Shown here: positions 49,276 to 62,239 of the stretch, one piece after another
Numbering within the stretch: the first letter of the stretch is position 1
Layout of the letters: every line of letters starts with the position of its first letter
Assembly (NCBI RefSeq): GCF_964213995.1
Contig: NW_027590189.1
Span: 186,001 to 250,000, forward strand
Direction of reading: 5' to 3'
Length of the DNA stretch: 64,000 bases
Source: Mustelus asterias
Lineage: Eukaryota
The notes under the pieces: model-generated
The model's database searches: none
What the model was told of the DNA's origin: nothing
The model's input: the letters and a program-made list of their open reading frames with translations, nothing else
Program-made: the position numbers and the translations under genes

Positions 49276-50261
49276 ATGGAGAAACCATGGAAATGTGGGG
49301 ATTGTGGGAAGGGATTCAGTTACCCATCGCTGCTGGAAATGCATCGGCGCAGTCACACTGGGGAGAGACCATTCACCTGCTCCATGTGCGGGAAAGGATT
49401 CATTCAGTCATCCCACCTGCTGACCCACCAGTTCACATTGAAGAGAGGCTTTTTAACCATGCTGACGGTGATCACAACTCTAAAAGCCCTGAGGACCTGG
49501 TCATGCACCAATCTATTCACACCGAGAAACAGTTCTGCTGCTCTTACTGTGGGAAGTTATTTAAGCGATCACAGAATCTCATTGAACACAAACGCATTCA
49601 CACTGGGGAAAGGCCGTTCACCTGCTCTGTGTGTGGGAAGGGATTCACACGATCATCCCACCTCGCTACACACCGACTGGTTCACACTGATAACAGACCT
49701 TTCAAATGTACTGAATGTGCGAAGAGTTATAAAACCACAAGTGATCTGCTGATACACCAGCGAGTTCACAATGAGGAGAGGCCATTCAGATGTACAGTGT
49801 GTGGGAAGGGATTCACTCTGTTATCCAGCCTCCAGAAACACCAGCGAGTTCACACCGGGGAGAGGTCGTTCACCTGCTCCTTGTGTGGAAAAGGATTCAT
49901 TTATTTAACCAGCCTCAGATCACACCAACTTGTTTACTCGGATAAGAAACCTTTCAAATGTTCTGAATGTGAGAAGAGCTTTAAGACCTCCAGTGTTCTG
50001 CTGAGACACCAGCAAGTTCACTCCGGGGAGAGACCGTTCACCTGCTCCGACTGTGGACAGGGATTCACTCGTTCATCCAAACTGCAAACACACCAGCACA
50101 TTCACACCGGGGAGAAACCGTTCACTTGCTCTGAGTGTGGGAAGGGATTTTCTCACTCATCCCACCTGCTGAGACACCAACACACTCACAATGGAGAGAG
50201 ACTGTTCACCTTCTCTGAGTGTGAGATGGGATTCACTCAGTCAACCCATCTTCTAAATTGA
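49276..50261 (+). pseudogene. C2H2 ZNF with a frameshift near 49430 and degenerate fingers
   Basis: [10 protein letters not shown] frame switches at caccagttcac (4-bp loss vs caccagcgagttcac); ~8 intact fingers in the second frame; CR1 tail inserted upstream at ~49078-49205. Confidence 0.8.
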
Positions 50262-50945
50262 CAAATGTCTGGAGGGGTTGGATTCTGTTGTTATTGCGGC
50301 TGTCAATCACATCCAGGACTGAACCGTGTTCATTCTGACAGTTGGAGTTTGTTTTTGCTGATGTTAGTGATCGCTATAACTGGGCTGGAGTTTAATACTC
50401 TGGATAAATGTCAACTGAACTAATATTGTTTCAGACACAAAGCCGGCACCTTCATTTCTCCAGGATAAGAACAGATTAATCAATGTCTTGTTGCACTTCT
50501 GTGCCCTTTTCTCGTTTCTAACTCTATATTATTTCAGTTCTCATACCTTCAGTTACTCTCATGGACAAGTCCCAGCTCCCCATACCTTCCAGAGTGTCTT
50601 TCCTGGCATCGGAATCCAGGGAAGGCATCAGTAACACATCCACGATCACAAACGATAAATCACAGTTGTTTGCACTGATCCACTGTTGCCCCAATCATTG
50701 AGGATGGTGATATTTGTGGAGCTTTCTCTCTCTGTGATTTGTTTAATTGTCCACCACCATTCACGACTGGATGTGGGGGGACTGCAGCTCTGATCTGATC
50801 CGTTGTTTGTGGGATCGCTTGGCCCTGCCTGGAACATGCTGCTTCTACTGTTCAGCATGCTTATAGTCTCATGTTACAGAGTAACCAGGTTGGAGGGTGC
50901 CCAGTGCTGCTCCTGACTTGTTCTCCTACACTCCATGTTGATTTA

Positions 50946-51300
50946 GGGGAGGTGATGACTGGTGGTATTATTGCTGAACTATTAATCCAGAAACTCAGCT
51001 AATGATTTGGGGACCGGGTTTCGAATCCCACCACATCAGTTGGTGGAATTTGAATTCAATGAAAAAAATCTGGAATTAAGAATTTACTGATGACCATAAA
51101 ACTATTGTTGATTATCGTAAAAAACCCATCTGGTTCACTAATGCCCTTTAGGGAAGGAAATCTGCTATCCTTACCCGGTCTGGCCTACATGTGACTCCCT
51201 CTGAAATGGCCTCGCAAGTCACTCAGTTTAAGGGCAACTAGGACTGGGCCATAAATGCTGGCCATCCAGCAATGCCCATTTCCCACGAATGAATAAAAAA
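50946..51300 (+). mobile_element. tRNA-derived SINE with conserved central domain (DeuSINE/SacSINE1-like, tentative)
   Basis: B-box tttcgaatccc, core ctggttcactaatgccctttagggaaggaaatctgc, tail ataaatgctggcc..gaatgaataaaaaa. Confidence 0.55.
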
Positions 51301-51399
51301 GAATTTCAACTTGAGGACTCCCAGGAAGACTCACTTGCACTGTCCACCTCTGTGCTGCTCCCTCTACTCAGGTCTGAACTGCTGGTAGGACAGAACATT

Positions 51400-52541
51400 T
51401 TGGCAGGAAGGATAAAAGGGAAGCATATTATCTAAATGGTGAGAGATTGTAGAGCTCTGAGATGCAGAGGGTTCTGAGTGTTCGAGAGATTGAATAAACT
51501 GGGATTGTTCTCCCTGGAAAGATGGAGGCTGAGGCTCGACCTGATAGACGTTTATAAAATTATGAGGGGTGTGGATAGGGTGAACAGTTGGGAGCTTTTT
51601 CCCAGGGCAGAAATGACAATTACAAGGCGGCACAAGCTCAAGATAAAGGGGAAAGGTTCAGTGGAGATGTGCGGGGAAGGTTTTTACACAGAGGATGGTG
51701 GGGCCTGGAATGCGCTGCCAAGTGAGGTGGTTGAGGCAGATACATGAGCAACATTTAAGTCTTATCTGGATAGACACATGAACAGCCGGGGAATAGAGGG
51801 ATATAAGTGGTTGGTCTTGATAGGACAATGTGATCAGCGTTGGCCGAAGGGCCTGTTCCTGTGCTGTGCTGTTCTTTGCATGAATCACAAACAGCTAGTA
51901 AGCAGGTAAAGCAACTAATTAGGAAAGCTCTCATTTATTGTGAGGGGAATTGATTACATAAATATGGAGATTATGCTTCAGTTATCCAGAGCACCAGTGA
52001 GACCACATCTGGAGTACGGTGTACAGGATTGGTCATCTTGTTGAAGCAAGGATGTAAATACATTGGAAGCAGTCGATTGACCAGACTAATGCCAGAAATG
52101 TGTGGTTTATGGGTAAAGCTTGGACAGGCTAGGCTTGTGTCTGCTGGAGTTTAGAAGAGTAAGATAAATTTGATCGAAACATAGAAGATCCTGAAGGGTC
52201 TTGACAGGTTGATGTGGAAAGGATGTTTCCTCTTCTGTGAGAATCTAGAGCTCGGGGTCCCTGTTTAAAAATAAGGGTTCGCACATTTAAAACGGAGATG
52301 AAGTGAAATATTTTCTTTCAGAGGGTCGTGAACCTCTGGAACGCCTCTGAAAAGGCGGTGGAAGCAAAATATTTGAAAATTTTTAAGGCAGATGTAGATA
52401 GATTCTTGGCAAGCAAGTAGGCGATAGATTATTGGGGGTAGGCAGGATGCAGATTTAAGGTTACTATCAGGTCAGCCCTGATCTGATTAAATGGTGGAGC
52501 AGACTCAAGGGACCAAATAGCCGAATCCTGCTCCTTGTTCC
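51400..52541 (+). mobile_element. Old CR1 3' fragment with a nested younger CR1 3' end (~51481-51878)
   Basis: ERLNKLGLFSLERWRLRLDLIDVYKIMRG; flanking QRxLGV..HES sequence resumes after 51878. Confidence 0.8.
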
Positions 52542-53410
52542 TGTGAGACATTGGCAGTAAGATATGATTCAAAGTATGACTGTGTCAGCCTGTTTCTCGA
52601 CTGGACTGTTTGACTGTAGGAACGGTCATGTTTAATAGTTTGTAGCTTAGCTATGTGTAATGATCAAGTAATTGAAGCTTATTAATCAATTAATCTGCTG
52701 TGATATTCTGCTGAATTGTAATACATTAGTATCATGTAACTGGCTTTGTCTGTAACTGCGTTCTTATTTGACAAGTGAAATACATCACATGACCCGAGGC
52801 CGGTGTAAAGCTACACTTTTATACTTTAATTACAGAGTCCTGTGGATCCCATCAACTCTGGATGAGCTAAGGTCTGGAACTGTTACCCCTCAGCCATTGA
52901 CAACAACAGTTATACTTGAGTTAGAGGCCATATTGTGTGAAGAAACCAGCTGTGAAGTTTCAAACCTTCAGCACTGTGTCGTAAATTAATGTATCCTTTT
53001 AACTTGTAATATCTTAAAAGAAGCAGTCACTTTCCTTCAGACTATATAACCATCATTGGTTTGAAAAATTAAAGATTTTAGTTCTCCAATCAGTTTTCAT
53101 AGCGTAGTGGTTATTCTGACTAATTACTTTTGAACATTTATCAATTGAATGTATTATGCTGTATTTGTGTTTCCTGCTCTCTCACCTTTCACACACTGAT
53201 TTGATGCCACTTTCTTTGGATTTTAGATCTGAAGTAACTTTGTAATTTCTGTATTAGTTTAAGGCTGTGTGTCACTTTGTGTCCTTTTAATTAACTGTGT
53301 TCCAAGCTCTGGCAACCACTACAAAAACCAGCAAGCACTTTCTTTAACCAAAATATACTGATAGTCACCTGCCCCAATGAGAACTCTACAGGATTACTAC
53401 ACATCAATTA

Positions 53411-55745
53411 GACAAAGAACAAAGAACAATACAGCACAGGAACAGGCCCTTCGGCCCTCCAAGCCAGCGCCGCTCAAGTGCCCAACTAGACCATCCGTTT
53501 GTATCCCTCTATTCCCAGTCTGTTCATGTGGCTATCTAGATAAGTCTTAACGATCCCAGCGTGTCTGCCTCAATCGCCTTGCTTGGCAGTGCATTCCAGG
53601 CCCCCACCACCCTCTGTGTAAAATACGTCCCCCTGACATCTGTGTTGAACGTTGCCCCCCTCACCTTGAACCCGTGACCCCTTGTGTTCGTCACCTCTGA
53701 CCTGGAAAAAGGCTTCCCACCGTTCACCCTATCTATACCCTTCATAATTTTATACACCTCTATTAGGCCACCCCTCGTCCTCTGTCTTTCCAGGGGGAAC
53801 ATCCCCAGTTTACCCAATCTCTTCTCATAGCTAAGACCCTCCATACCAGGCAACATCCTGGTAAACCTTTTCTGCACTCTCTCCAAAGCCTCCACGTCCT
53901 TCTGGTAGTGTGGCGACCAGAACTGGACGCAGTATTCCAAATGTGGCCTAACCAACATTCTATACAGCTGCAACATCATACGCCAACTTTTATATTCTAT
54001 GCCCCATCCAATAAAGGCAAGCATGCCATATGCCTTCTTCACCATCCTCTCCACCTGTGCTGCCACCTACATGGATCTGTGGACTTGTACACCCAGGTCC
54101 CTCTGTGTGTCTATACTCCTGATGGTTCTGCCATTTATTGTATAGCTCCCCCTTACATTAGATCTACTGAAATGCATCACTTTGCATTTATCTGGATTAA
54201 ATTCCATCTGCCATTTCTCCGCCCAATGTTCCAGCCTATCTATATCCTGCTGTATTCTCTGACAATGTTCATCACTATCCGCAACTCCAGCAATCTTCGT
54301 GTCGTCCGCAAACTTACTGATCACGCCAGCTACATCTTCCTCCAAATCATTTATATATATCACAAACAGCAGAGGTCCCAGTACAGAGCCCTGCGGAACA
54401 CCACTAGTCACAGACCTCCAACCGGAAAAAGACCCCTCCACTGCTACCCTCTGTCTTCTATGGCTAAACACAGTAAGAGGTTTAACAACACCAGGTTAAA
54501 GTCCAACAGGTTTATTTGGTAGCAAAAGCCACACAGCTGCCCGGTTCACAGCTCAGAGAAGCTGAGTAGGAAGAAGATAGACAACAGTCTATCTGTATTA
54601 TGTCACCCAGTGGTGGCATGTAGATGAGAAACAGGAGGGGCAAAGGATAAACTCTTGGGGGAAACTAGTGCAGGGGCTTTGGAGAGGAAAGAGAGGTTGG
54701 AGATGGGGTACCAAAAGTGTGGCTTTTGCTACCAAATAAACCTGTTGGACTTTAACCTGGTGTTGTGAAACTTCTTACTGTGTTTACCCCAGTCCAACGC
54801 CGGCATCTCCACATCATGACTTCTATGGCTAAGCCAGTTCTCCACCCATCTAGCTAGCTCACCTTTTATCCTGTGAGATTTAACCTTTTGCACCAGCCTG
54901 CCATGAGGGACCTTGTCAGACGCTATACTAAAATCCACGTAGACGACATCCACGGTCCTTCCCTCCTCAATCGTTTTTGTCACCTCCTCAAAAAACTCAA
55001 CCAAATTTGTGAGGCATGACCTCCCTCATGCAAAACCATGCTGTCTTTCGACAATGAGATTATTCAGTTCTAAATGCGCATATATCCTATCTCTAAGAAT
55101 CTTCTCCAACAATTTCCCTACCACGGACGTCAAGCTCACCGGCCTATAATTACCCGGGTTATTCTTGCTACCCTTCTGAAATAACGGGACCACATTTGCT
55201 ATCCTCCAATCCTCTGGCGCCTCACCTGTGTCCAGTGAAGAGACAAAGATTTCTGTTAGAGGTCCAGCAATTTCATCTCTTGCCTCCCTGAGGAGTCTAG
55301 GATAGATGCCATCTGGCCCTGGAATTTGTCTGTCTTAATGTTTCCTAAAAAACCTAACACTCCCTCCCTTGTAATTGAGATTTTTTCTAACGGGTCAACA
55401 CATCTCTCTGAGACAATACCAGTCAACATGTCCCTCTCCTTTGTGAATACTGATGCAAAGTATTCGTTTAGGATCTCATCGACTTCCTTTGGTTCGAAGC
55501 ATGATTCCCCTCCTTTGTCCCCGAGAGGTCCGATTCTCTCCCTAACAACCCTCTTGTTGCTAACGTATGTATAAAATGCCTTAGGATTCTCCTTAATCCT
55601 GTATGCCAAGGACATTTCGTGACCCCTTTTTGCCCTTCTAACTCCCCGTTTGAGTTCTTTTCTCCTTTCTCTGTATTCCTCCAGTGCTCCATCTGTTTTT
55701 AGCTGCCTGGACCTCATGTATGCCTCTTTTTTCTTTTTAGCTTCT
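53411..55745 (-). mobile_element. 5'-truncated CR1 LINE (2.3 kb) with a Penelope-type insertion
   Basis: GVPQGSVLGP, KFADDTK, LVRPHLEYCVQFWSP; (acaaaga)n tail at 53412. Confidence 0.9.
54465..54819. mobile_element. Penelope-like hairpin carrying 177 bp of captured local DNA
   Basis: ~70-bp inverted arms, 13-bp TSD cttctatggctaa (54455 / 54820), middle copies 56684-56861. Confidence 0.75.
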
Positions 55746-56252
55746 CTGGAACATGTTTCTGTCTGTTGTTCCCCCAAATCTGTAAATACCCATCCCACAC
55801 ACACTCCCCCCTCCCTGGGCTGAAATCCAAATAAAGTTATGGATAATTATGCTAAATCGCCCTTTGGTGATGGGGGGGTGGGAGGAGCGGGGTGCTAGCA
55901 AGGTGAATGCATGGGGTTGTGGGGATGGAGCCTGGGTGCAGACTTGATGGGCCAAATGGCCTCCTTCTGCACTGTAGGGATTTTATGATTCTAGAGTAAC
56001 AGACCTTGTGTCCGGAACTGACTGCGTGGAGATTTTCTTTGAGGAGCCAAACCGCCTGGTTATTAACCCCTCTAACAAGAGGAAAGGTTTTCTGCAAAAA
56101 AATGGAAAGGTTATAACATGGGGCAGACTCCGAAAGTAACTGATACATTAGAGGGCCAGTCAGGAGGCTGCAGGAAATGATCGGTAGATGACCATCACCA
56201 TGAAGAAACCAATCAGAAACTGATTCCACACCACCGACATCAATCAGGGACA

Positions 56253-56578
56253 TCTTTTTTGTGTCCAACCAAATAAACAAAATCAACTTAACTTCGGGAC
56301 AACTCAAAAAGGGGCAGCTTCCTAAAAGGAGGGGAACCGCCCGAAACAAAAAACAAAGCGGAAAGGAAACTTAAAACATCAAATTAAAATGTGATTAAAG
56401 GGGTCAATAACACACCCCAGTCCCTGCAGTGCCCAGCGGGCATGGAAGGCTTCAGTGGTGCCCTCAGACACTGCATGCTCCCTTTCCAGGGACACCTGGC
56501 CACGAATATAGCTGTGGTAGAGGGGGCAGACAGTCAGGTTGAAGACCCTTTCGATCGCCCTCTGCCTGGACCTGTAGA
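56253..56578 (-). mobile_element. Tx1-clade 3' fragment, more diverged subfamily
   Basis: Homologous to 30053-30370; ends ggacacaaaaaagatg. Confidence 0.65.
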
Positions 56579-56683
56579 TGGAATTAAATCAATCAGAGAC
56601 TGATCATGCGAACCAGAGTTCAGGAACACCATTGATCATGTACAAGGGGCTGTGTCCAGAAAAAGTTAATAAGTATCAGCTTT

Positions 56684-57280
56684 CAGCTGCCCGGTTCACA
56701 GCTCAGAGAAGCTGAGTAGGAAGAAGATAGACAACAATCTATCTGTATTATGTCACCCAGTGGCGGCATGTAGATGAGAAACAGGAGGGGCAAAGGATAA
56801 ACACTTGGGGGACACCTAGTGCAGGGCCTTTGGAGAGGAAAGAGAGGTTGGAGATGGGGTAGTAGTTGGCAAAGACTTGGGATTGAGTGTTTTTTTAGGA
56901 TTGGTGATGACAGTGGATTTGAAAGTGAGAGAGACAGTATGAGAGAAAAGAGAGAACTGTCAACAATATCACCTAATGAGGGGAAGTTGGATGATCAGCA
57001 GTTTAGTGAGAATAGGATTGATGGAGCACAAGGTGGGTCTCATGGACAAGATGCAGAGGGCATGAAGGGAGATAGGAGAGAAACTGGAGAAAGCTGTAGG
57101 TTCTGGGCTTGAGCAAGATGGAACTTTAGACACGGTTTGTCCCGGTGGGCTAGTGGAAGGGAGGGAAGCAGCAGAGGCAGCTGATCAGATTGTCCCAATC
57201 TCACAAAGAAGCTCCATGAGCTCCTCACACTTGGAGGTGAGGTTGGAAGAGACAGGGGAGCGTGAGAACCCTTCAAAAGG
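56684..57280 (-). mobile_element. Degraded L2-type LINE fragments
   Basis: Minus strand ggtgtcccccaagtgtttatcctttgcccctcctgtttctcatctacatgc (GVPQxxILxPLLFLIYM). Confidence 0.5.
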
Positions 57281-57344
57281 AAATAACATATGTTAAAGGT
57301 GTTAAAAGATTAAACACTGTTAACACAAAGCTAATTTATTGAAA

Positions 57345-58457
57345 TTATTTGTGAATTCGCTGGTGTCTCAGAAGGTTGGATGACTGAGCGAATCTCTTCC
57401 CACACTTGGGGCAGGTGAACGGCCTTTCCCTGGTGTGAACTCGCTGGTGTGTCAGCAGGGAGGATGACTGAGTGAATCCCTTCCCACACTGGGAGCAGGT
57501 GAATGGTCGCTCCCCAGTGTGAACTCGCTGATGTACAGTGAGGTCAGATGATGTCTTGAACCCAGCGTCACAGTGAGAGCACCTGAATGGTTTCTCGTCA
57601 GTGTGAACACGTTGATGGCGCATCAGTTCCCCAGAACTTTTAAAGCATTTCTCACAGTCTGGGCAGTTAAAAGGTCTCTCCTCAGTGTGAACTCGTTGAT
57701 GGTGGAGCAGTTGCCGGGAACTTTTGTAGCACTTCCTGCAGTCTGGACATTGAAATGGTCTCTTCTCATTGTGAACACTCTGGTGATTCAGCAGAGTGGA
57801 TAATTGAGTGAATCCCTTCCCACACTCAGAACAGGTGAAAGGTCTCTCCCCAGTGTGAATTCGCTGGTGTGTCCGCAGGTTAGATGACCGACTGAACCCA
57901 TTCCCACACACAGAGCAGGTGAATGGCCTCTCCCCGGTGTGACTACACTGGTGCTCAGTGAGTTGAGATGATTGTTTGAACCCAGTCCCACAATGAGAGC
58001 ATCTGAATGGCCTCTCGTCACTGTGAGCACGTTGATGGAGTATCAGGTCCCGGGAACTTTTATAGTAATTCCCACAGTCTGGACATTTAAATGGTCTCTC
58101 GTCAGTGTGAACTCGCTGGTGCACCATCAAGTCAGAGGACCGAGCGAATCCTTTCCCACACTCTGAGCAAGTGAATGGTCTCTTCCCAGTGTGAACTCGC
58201 TGGTGTCTCAGCAGGTTGCCTGACTGAGCGAATCCCTTCCCACAGTTGGAACAATTGAAAGGTCTCTCTCCAGTGTGAACTCGCTGGTGTTGCAGCAGGC
58301 TGGATGAGCGAGAGAATCCCTTCCCACACTTGGAGCAAGTGAATGACCTCTCCCTGGTGTTTCTGGGCTGATGAGTTTCCAGTTCCGATGGGGAACTGAA
58401 TCCCTCCCCACATTCCCACCGTTTCTCCCCACTGTGAACAGTGCTTTTTCCTTCCAT
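57345..58457 (-). CDS. C2H2 zinc-finger protein, 12 intact fingers ([12 protein letters not shown] subfamily)
   Basis: Open frame with TGERPF/TDERPF linkers; acceptor tttcag at 58567; donor AG|GTGAGT at 60238. Confidence 0.88.
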   Translation of the reverse strand: MEGKSTVHSGEKRWECGEGFSSPSELETHQPRNTRERSFTCSKCGKGFSRSSSLLQHQRVHTGERPFNCSNCGKGFAQSGNLLRHQRVHTGKRPFTCSECGKGFARSSDLMVHQRVHTDERPFKCPDCGNYYKSSRDLILHQRAHSDERPFRCSHCGTGFKQSSQLTEHQCSHTGERPFTCSVCGNGFSRSSNLRTHQRIHTGERPFTCSECGKGFTQLSTLLNHQSVHNEKRPFQCPDCRKCYKSSRQLLHHQRVHTEERPFNCPDCEKCFKSSGELMRHQRVHTDEKPFRCSHCDAGFKTSSDLTVHQRVHTGERPFTCSQCGKGFTQSSSLLTHQRVHTRERPFTCPKCGKRFAQSSNLLRHQRIHK

Positions 58458-59194
58458 GTTCAAAATTCACAAATATTCAGCTGACAATAAATTGGGTGAC
58501 TCCATCTGATCCTGATGGGATGTTTGGTTTGAGTTTTCTGATTGGAAATCCTCCACTTCAGATAATCTGAAATTGATTTTAAACAGAAAAAAGGGGATGA
58601 GAAAGAACTCACAAAAGGCAGGTTGTGAAATTGAGCTGAATGAATCTGGTCATTTATGGGGTTGGCACAAGGAAAAAGTGACCATGAAACCTGTTTGGTC
58701 CTTTGTCAGAAGTGAAATGCTCACTAATGTCCTTCAGGGAAGAAAGCCTGCCTCTGGTCTGAGTCTACAAGAACACAAGTTCTCTGAGTCTACAAGTTCT
58801 CTGCAAGAACACAAGAAATAGGAGCAGGAGGAGGCCATTCGGCCTGTCGAGGCTGCTCTGCCTTTCAACCACATGTCATCATCATATTGAATGATGTAGC
58901 ACCCTGGGCCAGAGAAATCTATGTTACAAGAGAGACAGAGAGAAAAACAGAGAGAAAAACAGAGAGAAAGTAGCAAGAGACAGGGGCAAATGGGAGGCAT
59001 TCTATAGACCTAGAACTGAACCACAATCTCCTAATCCCTCAACCTCCACCACCTGGATGGACCAGGGCAGCAAGAGTATGTGGACACCATCACCTGCAAG
59101 TTCCCCTCCAAGCTCCATAGCATCCGAACTTGTCTGACATCCAAGGCTGGATGAGCAGAAATGTCCCCCATTTAAATATTAAAGTTAAAGCTCA

Positions 59195-59462
59195 AGTTTA
59201 TTTATTCGTCACAAGTAAGGCTTTCATTTACATTACAATGAAGTTACTGTGAAATTCCCCGAGTCGCCACACTCCGGCACCTGTTTGGGTAGTCAACCAA
59301 CACGTCTTTCAGACTGTGGGAGGAAACCTGAGCACCCAGAGGAAACCCACGCAGGCACGGGGAGAACATGCAAGCTCCACGCAGACAGACAGTGACCCAA
59401 GCCGGGAATCAAACCCAGGTCCCTGGCGCTGTGAGGCAGCAGTGCTAACCACTGTGCCACCC
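59195..59462 (-). mobile_element. tRNA-derived SINE, second subfamily
   Basis: Same head and tail as 9991. Confidence 0.75.
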
Positions 59463-60039
59463 ATGGCACATATATTGACGAATGCTGATCTACAAACAAA
59501 TGCTCACTGATCTACAATGCTTAATTTTAAGATGCACCAAGATTGTAAATTTCTTATCCTTGTTTTCCTCCATGGTTGCAATCATCCCAATCTCTGTAAT
59601 CTCCTCCAGGCACATATCCTCCGAGATCTCAGCACTCATCTAATTTTGACCACTTGAGCAGTCCCGATTTTAATCGTTCCATCATTACTGATTTTGCCTA
59701 TTTCAGAAGCTCTGGAATTTCCTCCTTAAACCTCTCTGATTCGCCACCCTATTTTTCTCAGTTAAGATTCTCCTTAAAACCTAATATCTCGTCATGTGGC
59801 TCAATGTCAATTGTTATTTCATAACATTTCTCTGAAATGTGTTTAAAAGTTTAATTCTATTCATGCACAATATAAATACAAATAATGGTGACTGCCCTGG
59901 ATATATATCATTGTTCTGCCTCATCAGTAAGAAACTGGGAGTGACAGAGTGAAACAGGTTGATGGAGATTCTCACTTGGAGATAATCAAAATTGTTGCCC
60001 CCAACAAAGGTGGCGGCGATACACACATTCTGCTGCTAC

Positions 60040-60395
60040 TGCCCCGAACAAAGATGGAGCCGCGCATGCGCTCTGCTGCTAATGCCTGGATAAAGATAGC
60101 GGCCGCTAAACCCAGCTCTGTGAGAAAGCTGCGGCCCCTGCTGCAGGGAGGAGGCAACGGTTCGCGGGAAACGCTGGGAAATTTTTTCCGCATTTGCGGT
60201 TTGTGTAACGTGTTTACGTTACGTATCCAGTCACTCACCTGATCCGTGGTTCCCTTCGTCTCGCCATTCTCTCCGTTACGGATGGCAGATCCAAGGAACA
60301 AAAGCTTGTCTCCGTCGCCATTAACTAGACTGCGCATGCTTCACTCACAGCCAAGCCCCGCCCCCTCATTCACTCTGATTGGTTGGAGGGCCAGC
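60040..60395. promoter_or_regulatory. CpG-rich promoter and minus-strand exon 1 of the 57345 gene
   Basis: gcgcatgcgc, aagatgg, gtcgccatt (YY1-like), actgcgcatgc, ccccgccc, gattgg; donor at 60238. Confidence 0.7.
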
Positions 60396-60823
60396 TTATT
60401 CACACTGAGGAGAAGACTGCATTCACTGTGGAAAGAGGTTCAGGTCCTCAGCCAACCTCACTGCGCACCAGTGAATTCACACCAGGGAGAAGCCGTACAC
60501 CTGCTCCGTGTGTGGGGAGGAATTTGCCCAGTTATCCAGCCTCCAGTACCACCAGGAAGTTCACACTCAGGAGAGGCCATTCAACTGCAGTGCCTGTGGG
60601 AAGAATTTCAGATCTTCATCCAACCTCATTGAACACCAGCGAGCTCACACTGGGGAGAGGCCATTTATCTGCTCTATATGTGGGAAGGGATTCACAAAGT
60701 CCTCCAACTTGATGGTACACCAGTGAATTCATACCGGGGATAGGCCATTTATCTGCTGTGTGTGGGGGAAGGGATTCACGGAGGCAGCTAAAGAGCGGAG
60801 ACATCAGCGAGTTCAAAAGTGAC
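60396..60823 (+). pseudogene. ZNF 3' remnant fused directly to promoter
   Basis: Degenerate fingers with two caccagTGA stops (~60472, 60724) and frameshifts. Confidence 0.75.
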
Positions 60824-62239
60824 TGAAGGGATTGAATTCTGCTGTTGTTAGTGCTGCTGTTTATCACATTCAGGATTGATAATCTGACAATATCTGATTT
60901 GATTTTGCTGATGTTAACAAACCCTGTGGCTGGAGTTCAATATTCTGGAAATGTCACTGATTTTCGGGGCTGCAATGTCCCTTTTTAAACGCACATTCTG
61001 TGATCTTTCTCCTAAATTCAAGAATTCAGGAACTGGTTTACAATAAAATTATAAACTTTTACTTCAATCCTAAATTGATACAAAATCCAGAAGTCAATGT
61101 TTAAAAGGGTCCATTAATTAACATCTCCAATTAGAAAGTGTTGATTAATCCTTGCTGACAATTACTGATTTACACGTTCTTCACAGTGACATTCCCATTC
61201 TGAAATGAAATTATCAAGGAAAATTGAACAAAATAGTGAAATATTTTACAGACACATCAATTAAAACTTTAACAATCAACATTGATATTGATGCAACTGG
61301 AAAGTCGCTGAGTTCAATAATTTCTGACACAGCAGCAGCAACATTTGGTAAAGGTGGAACACACAACAAACCAAAAGAGAAAATGCTGGAAAATGTCAGC
61401 AGGTCTGGCAGCATCTGTAAGGAGAGAAAAGAGCTGACGTTTCGGGTCCAGATGACCCCACACACAACAAAGACTGGTTTGAGATCCATTCAGCAGAGAT
61501 GACGTGTCATTGAAGCAAAAAGCAAAGTCTACTTGATGGTACAACATAAACCCAACAGCTGGAACACTGTGTCACTTGAAAATAGCCAGGAAAAATGTGT
61601 AAAAACAGCGCGATACTGTGCCAATAATCACTGGACCAGCTGATATCAAGAAATTCAAAAACTGACAATGCTGAAAAATCTCGGCCGGTCTGATAGCTTC
61701 TGTGGAGAGAGAATAGAGCCAACGTTTCCAGCCTGGATGACCCAGCTAGAAGAGAAGTGAACAATTGGTACTGAATCTAAAATGCTGCCAGCTGCTGCGC
61801 TGAGAAAAATGAAATGTTCTAATTACTGAGTGAAAAATGTACTTGTACCATATTTTACATTTAGTCTTGCTGGAAGCTCAAGGGTTTGTATTGCTGATTC
61901 TGATCATTCGAGTAGCGTCTTGATTACATATCGATGATATGTAATCAAGAAATTAAAACAAGCTCGTGGTTTAGGAATTACTGGGTTAATCAGAAATCAT
62001 TTGTGAGAAGTGAATAAGGATGGGGAAATCAGGAAACAATTGCCACTTAATCAGTTTTAAATGTATTGAATTTATAGGACAGTGTAGACTGTTTATCCCA
62101 ACCAAAAGCGTCTCTCCAGCACAGACCTGAAACAAGACAAACTTGGTAGGGTGGGGTGATCATGGCCTATATGTAAACTCACTACATAAAGGTTAAACAG
62201 GATGTTGCAGCAAGCAATGAACCACAAAGTGACTGAAGA

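Noticed and set aside
52542-53401. Possible solo LTR
   Set aside because: TG..CA-like ends and AT-rich body are suggestive, but no TSD, PBS/PPT or second copy supports it.
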